Source: an uncultured Planctomycetaceae bacterium
Lineage (GTDB): Bacteria > Planctomycetota > Planctomycetia > Pirellulales > Thermoguttaceae
Reading direction: 5' to 3'
Assembly: GCA_947307005.1 (NCBI GenBank)
Contig: CAMZHY010000001.1
Span: 1-45,707 of the forward strand
DNA: 45,707 nt
The position numbers were made by a program, and so were the translations under genes. This document shows positions 44,360 through 45,707 of the stretch, piece after piece; position 1 is the stretch's first letter, and each line of letters begins with the position of its first letter. The notes under the pieces are model-generated. The model was not told the DNA's origin. It was given only the letters and a program-made list of their open reading frames with translations, and did not search any database.

Positions 44360-45460
44360 ATGAAAAAGATCTTTTTTAGCGCGACTCTGTTTATATTTTC
44401 ATGCGCGATTTGCCTCGCCGCCGACTCCAATTCGACGTCGGCGAACTCGCCCGTAATAACGCGCGAATTTATTTTTGACGACGCGCCTTTTGCGTCGTGT
44501 CACGCGTCGACCGTTGTGGAGACGAACGACGGAACGCTCGTCGCGGCGTGGTTTGGCGGAACGAAAGAGGGCGCTAACGACGTCGCGATATGGTCGTCGT
44601 TTAAGGAAAAGGACTCGGAGAGTTGGAGCGAGCCCAAATTGGTCGGGAACGCGGACGACGAGACTGTTCCCTGCTGGAATCCCGTTCTGTTCCAGCCGAG
44701 CGACGGTCCGACGATGCTTTTCTTCAAACAGGGGCGTGAAATTGCGAAATGGCAAGGCGTTTTGCTTCTGTCTCGCGACGGCGGTCGTACTTGGGGCGAG
44801 CGCCGCGTTTTGCCGGAGTTCTTCATTGGACCTGTTAAAAACAAGCCCGTCGAACTCGCCGACGGGACGATTCTCTGCCCGTCGAGTACGGAACACGACG
44901 GCTGGCGCGTTCATTTTGAGTCGATCCCTGCGCTCGATAAGACATGGTCGCGAACCCAGGCGATTAATACGAAAGAGGAGGGGGGCGCGATCCAGCCGAG
45001 CGTCCTCTTTCATAAAGACGGGCGGCTGCAGGCGATATGTCGCAATCGTAATGGTTTGGGGACTCTTTGGCAAACATGGTCTGACGACGGCGGTCGGACG
45101 TGGAGCAAGCTAACGCCGACGTCTCTTCCGAATCCCTGCAGCGGGACCGACGCCGTCACGCTCCGCGACGGGAGACAGCTTCTCGTCTACAATCATACGA
45201 CGACGCTCACGGGCGGACGCAACATTTTGAACGTCGCGGTGAGCGACGACGGAGTTGTTTGGCGCGCGGTCGGCGTTCTAGAAAACGATAAAGGCGAGTT
45301 TTCGTACCCGGCGGTCGTTCAAAGCAGGGACGGGACGGTTCATATCGCGTATACTTGGAGACGTAAGAAGATCATGCACGTCGCGCTCGATCCGGAGCGA
45401 ATCGTCGGGGGAGAGATTGTCGACGCGAAAACGCTCTTTGTTTCGCCTGTTCTGCGCTAA
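44360..45460 (+). CDS. Exported BNR/Asp-box repeat protein, sialidase (GH33)-like beta-propeller
   Basis: Signal peptide and Asp-box repeats SRDGGRTW, SDDGGRTW, SDDGVVW and SRDGTVH. Confidence 0.85.
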   Translation: MKKIFFSATLFIFSCAICLAADSNSTSANSPVITREFIFDDAPFASCHASTVVETNDGTLVAAWFGGTKEGANDVAIWSSFKEKDSESWSEPKLVGNADDETVPCWNPVLFQPSDGPTMLFFKQGREIAKWQGVLLLSRDGGRTWGERRVLPEFFIGPVKNKPVELADGTILCPSSTEHDGWRVHFESIPALDKTWSRTQAINTKEEGGAIQPSVLFHKDGRLQAICRNRNGLGTLWQTWSDDGGRTWSKLTPTSLPNPCSGTDAVTLRDGRQLLVYNHTTTLTGGRNILNVAVSDDGVVWRAVGVLENDKGEFSYPAVVQSRDGTVHIAYTWRRKKIMHVALDPERIVGGEIVDAKTLFVSPVLR

Positions 45461-45610
45461 AGCGCCGCGGCTTCTTGAAAAAAACGCGTTGAGATGGTAA
45501 AATAACGCCGCTTTTCCATTCTTCGCCGAAACGTTAAGCGTTTGAATAGGGAGCGCTTTTACGATTGATTTTCATTGGATTTGCCACATTACGGAAAAAG
45601 AACGACGAAG

Positions 45611-45707
45611 ATGCGTTGTGAAGAACAGTTTTACAAAATTTACGGGCGCGACCCGGAGTCTCGGTCGTTTTGTCCTTATCGGGTCTGTCCCATCGGGGCG
45701 CACGTCG
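45611..45707 (+). CDS. GHMP-family sugar kinase (galactokinase-like), N-terminal fragment running off the window
   Basis: MRCEEQFYKIYGRDPESRSFCPYRVCPIGAHV resembles the galactokinase signature (F..FG......APGRVNLIGEH). Only 32 codons are visible. Confidence 0.5.
   Translation, partial: MRCEEQFYKIYGRDPESRSFCPYRVCPIGAHV

Noticed and set aside
44399-45113. 224-aa minus-strand and 212-aa plus-strand ORFs overlapping the BNR protein gene.
   Set aside because: They are R-rich shadow frames. The annotated frame carries four Asp-box repeats and a signal peptide.
44063-45460. tRNA-Leu considered as an integration site for a genomic island carrying the sialidase-like gene.
   Set aside because: There is no integrase or recombinase, no direct repeat of the tRNA 3' end downstream, and no compositional break that I can see.

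Overview
This is 45.7 kb of bacterial chromosome with CG-rich codon usage, interrupted by four sharply AT-rich intergenic islands. I infer a Planctomycetota/PVC-type genome from the gene content. That content includes a PVM-type microcompartment operon, dnaN without dnaA, RNase Y, CsrA, DUF1844 and many exported low-complexity proteins. From 1 to 23.07 kb the genes are almost all on the minus strand: a GlpT-like transporter (cut by the window edge), a HAD-IIA phosphatase, ribBA (+), rny, frr, and an orphan BY-kinase. They continue with a small GY-rich anchored protein and then a tight string dnaN-apbE-mazG-like-834 aa membrane protein-ABC ATPase-exported PCMT fusion-HD hydrolase. The centrepiece is a plus-strand bacterial microcompartment (BMC) operon at 23.4-31.5 kb. 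It encodes PduL, 2 BMC-H, AckA, 3 BMC-P (EutN-type), an acylating aldehyde dehydrogenase and a class II aldolase. The core matches the known Planctomycete/Verrucomicrobia (PVM) fucose/rhamnose metabolosome. It also carries two components I cannot assign. One is a His-rich 3-TM membrane protein. The other is a protein with a degenerate RpiB-like domain that is translationally coupled between two vertex genes. The right arm holds an M24 peptidase, csrA, a secreted helical protein, 5-FCL, a Cys/His-repeat DUF1844 protein and a giant acidic protein with a DUF900-like hydrolase domain. It continues with a CPBP protease, pgsA, a beta-hydroxyacid dehydrogenase, tRNA-Leu(GAG), a BNR sialidase-like protein and the start of a GHMP kinase. 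I saw no rRNA, CRISPR array, transposase or integrase. All calls come from reading the sequence and translations by eye; no searches were run.
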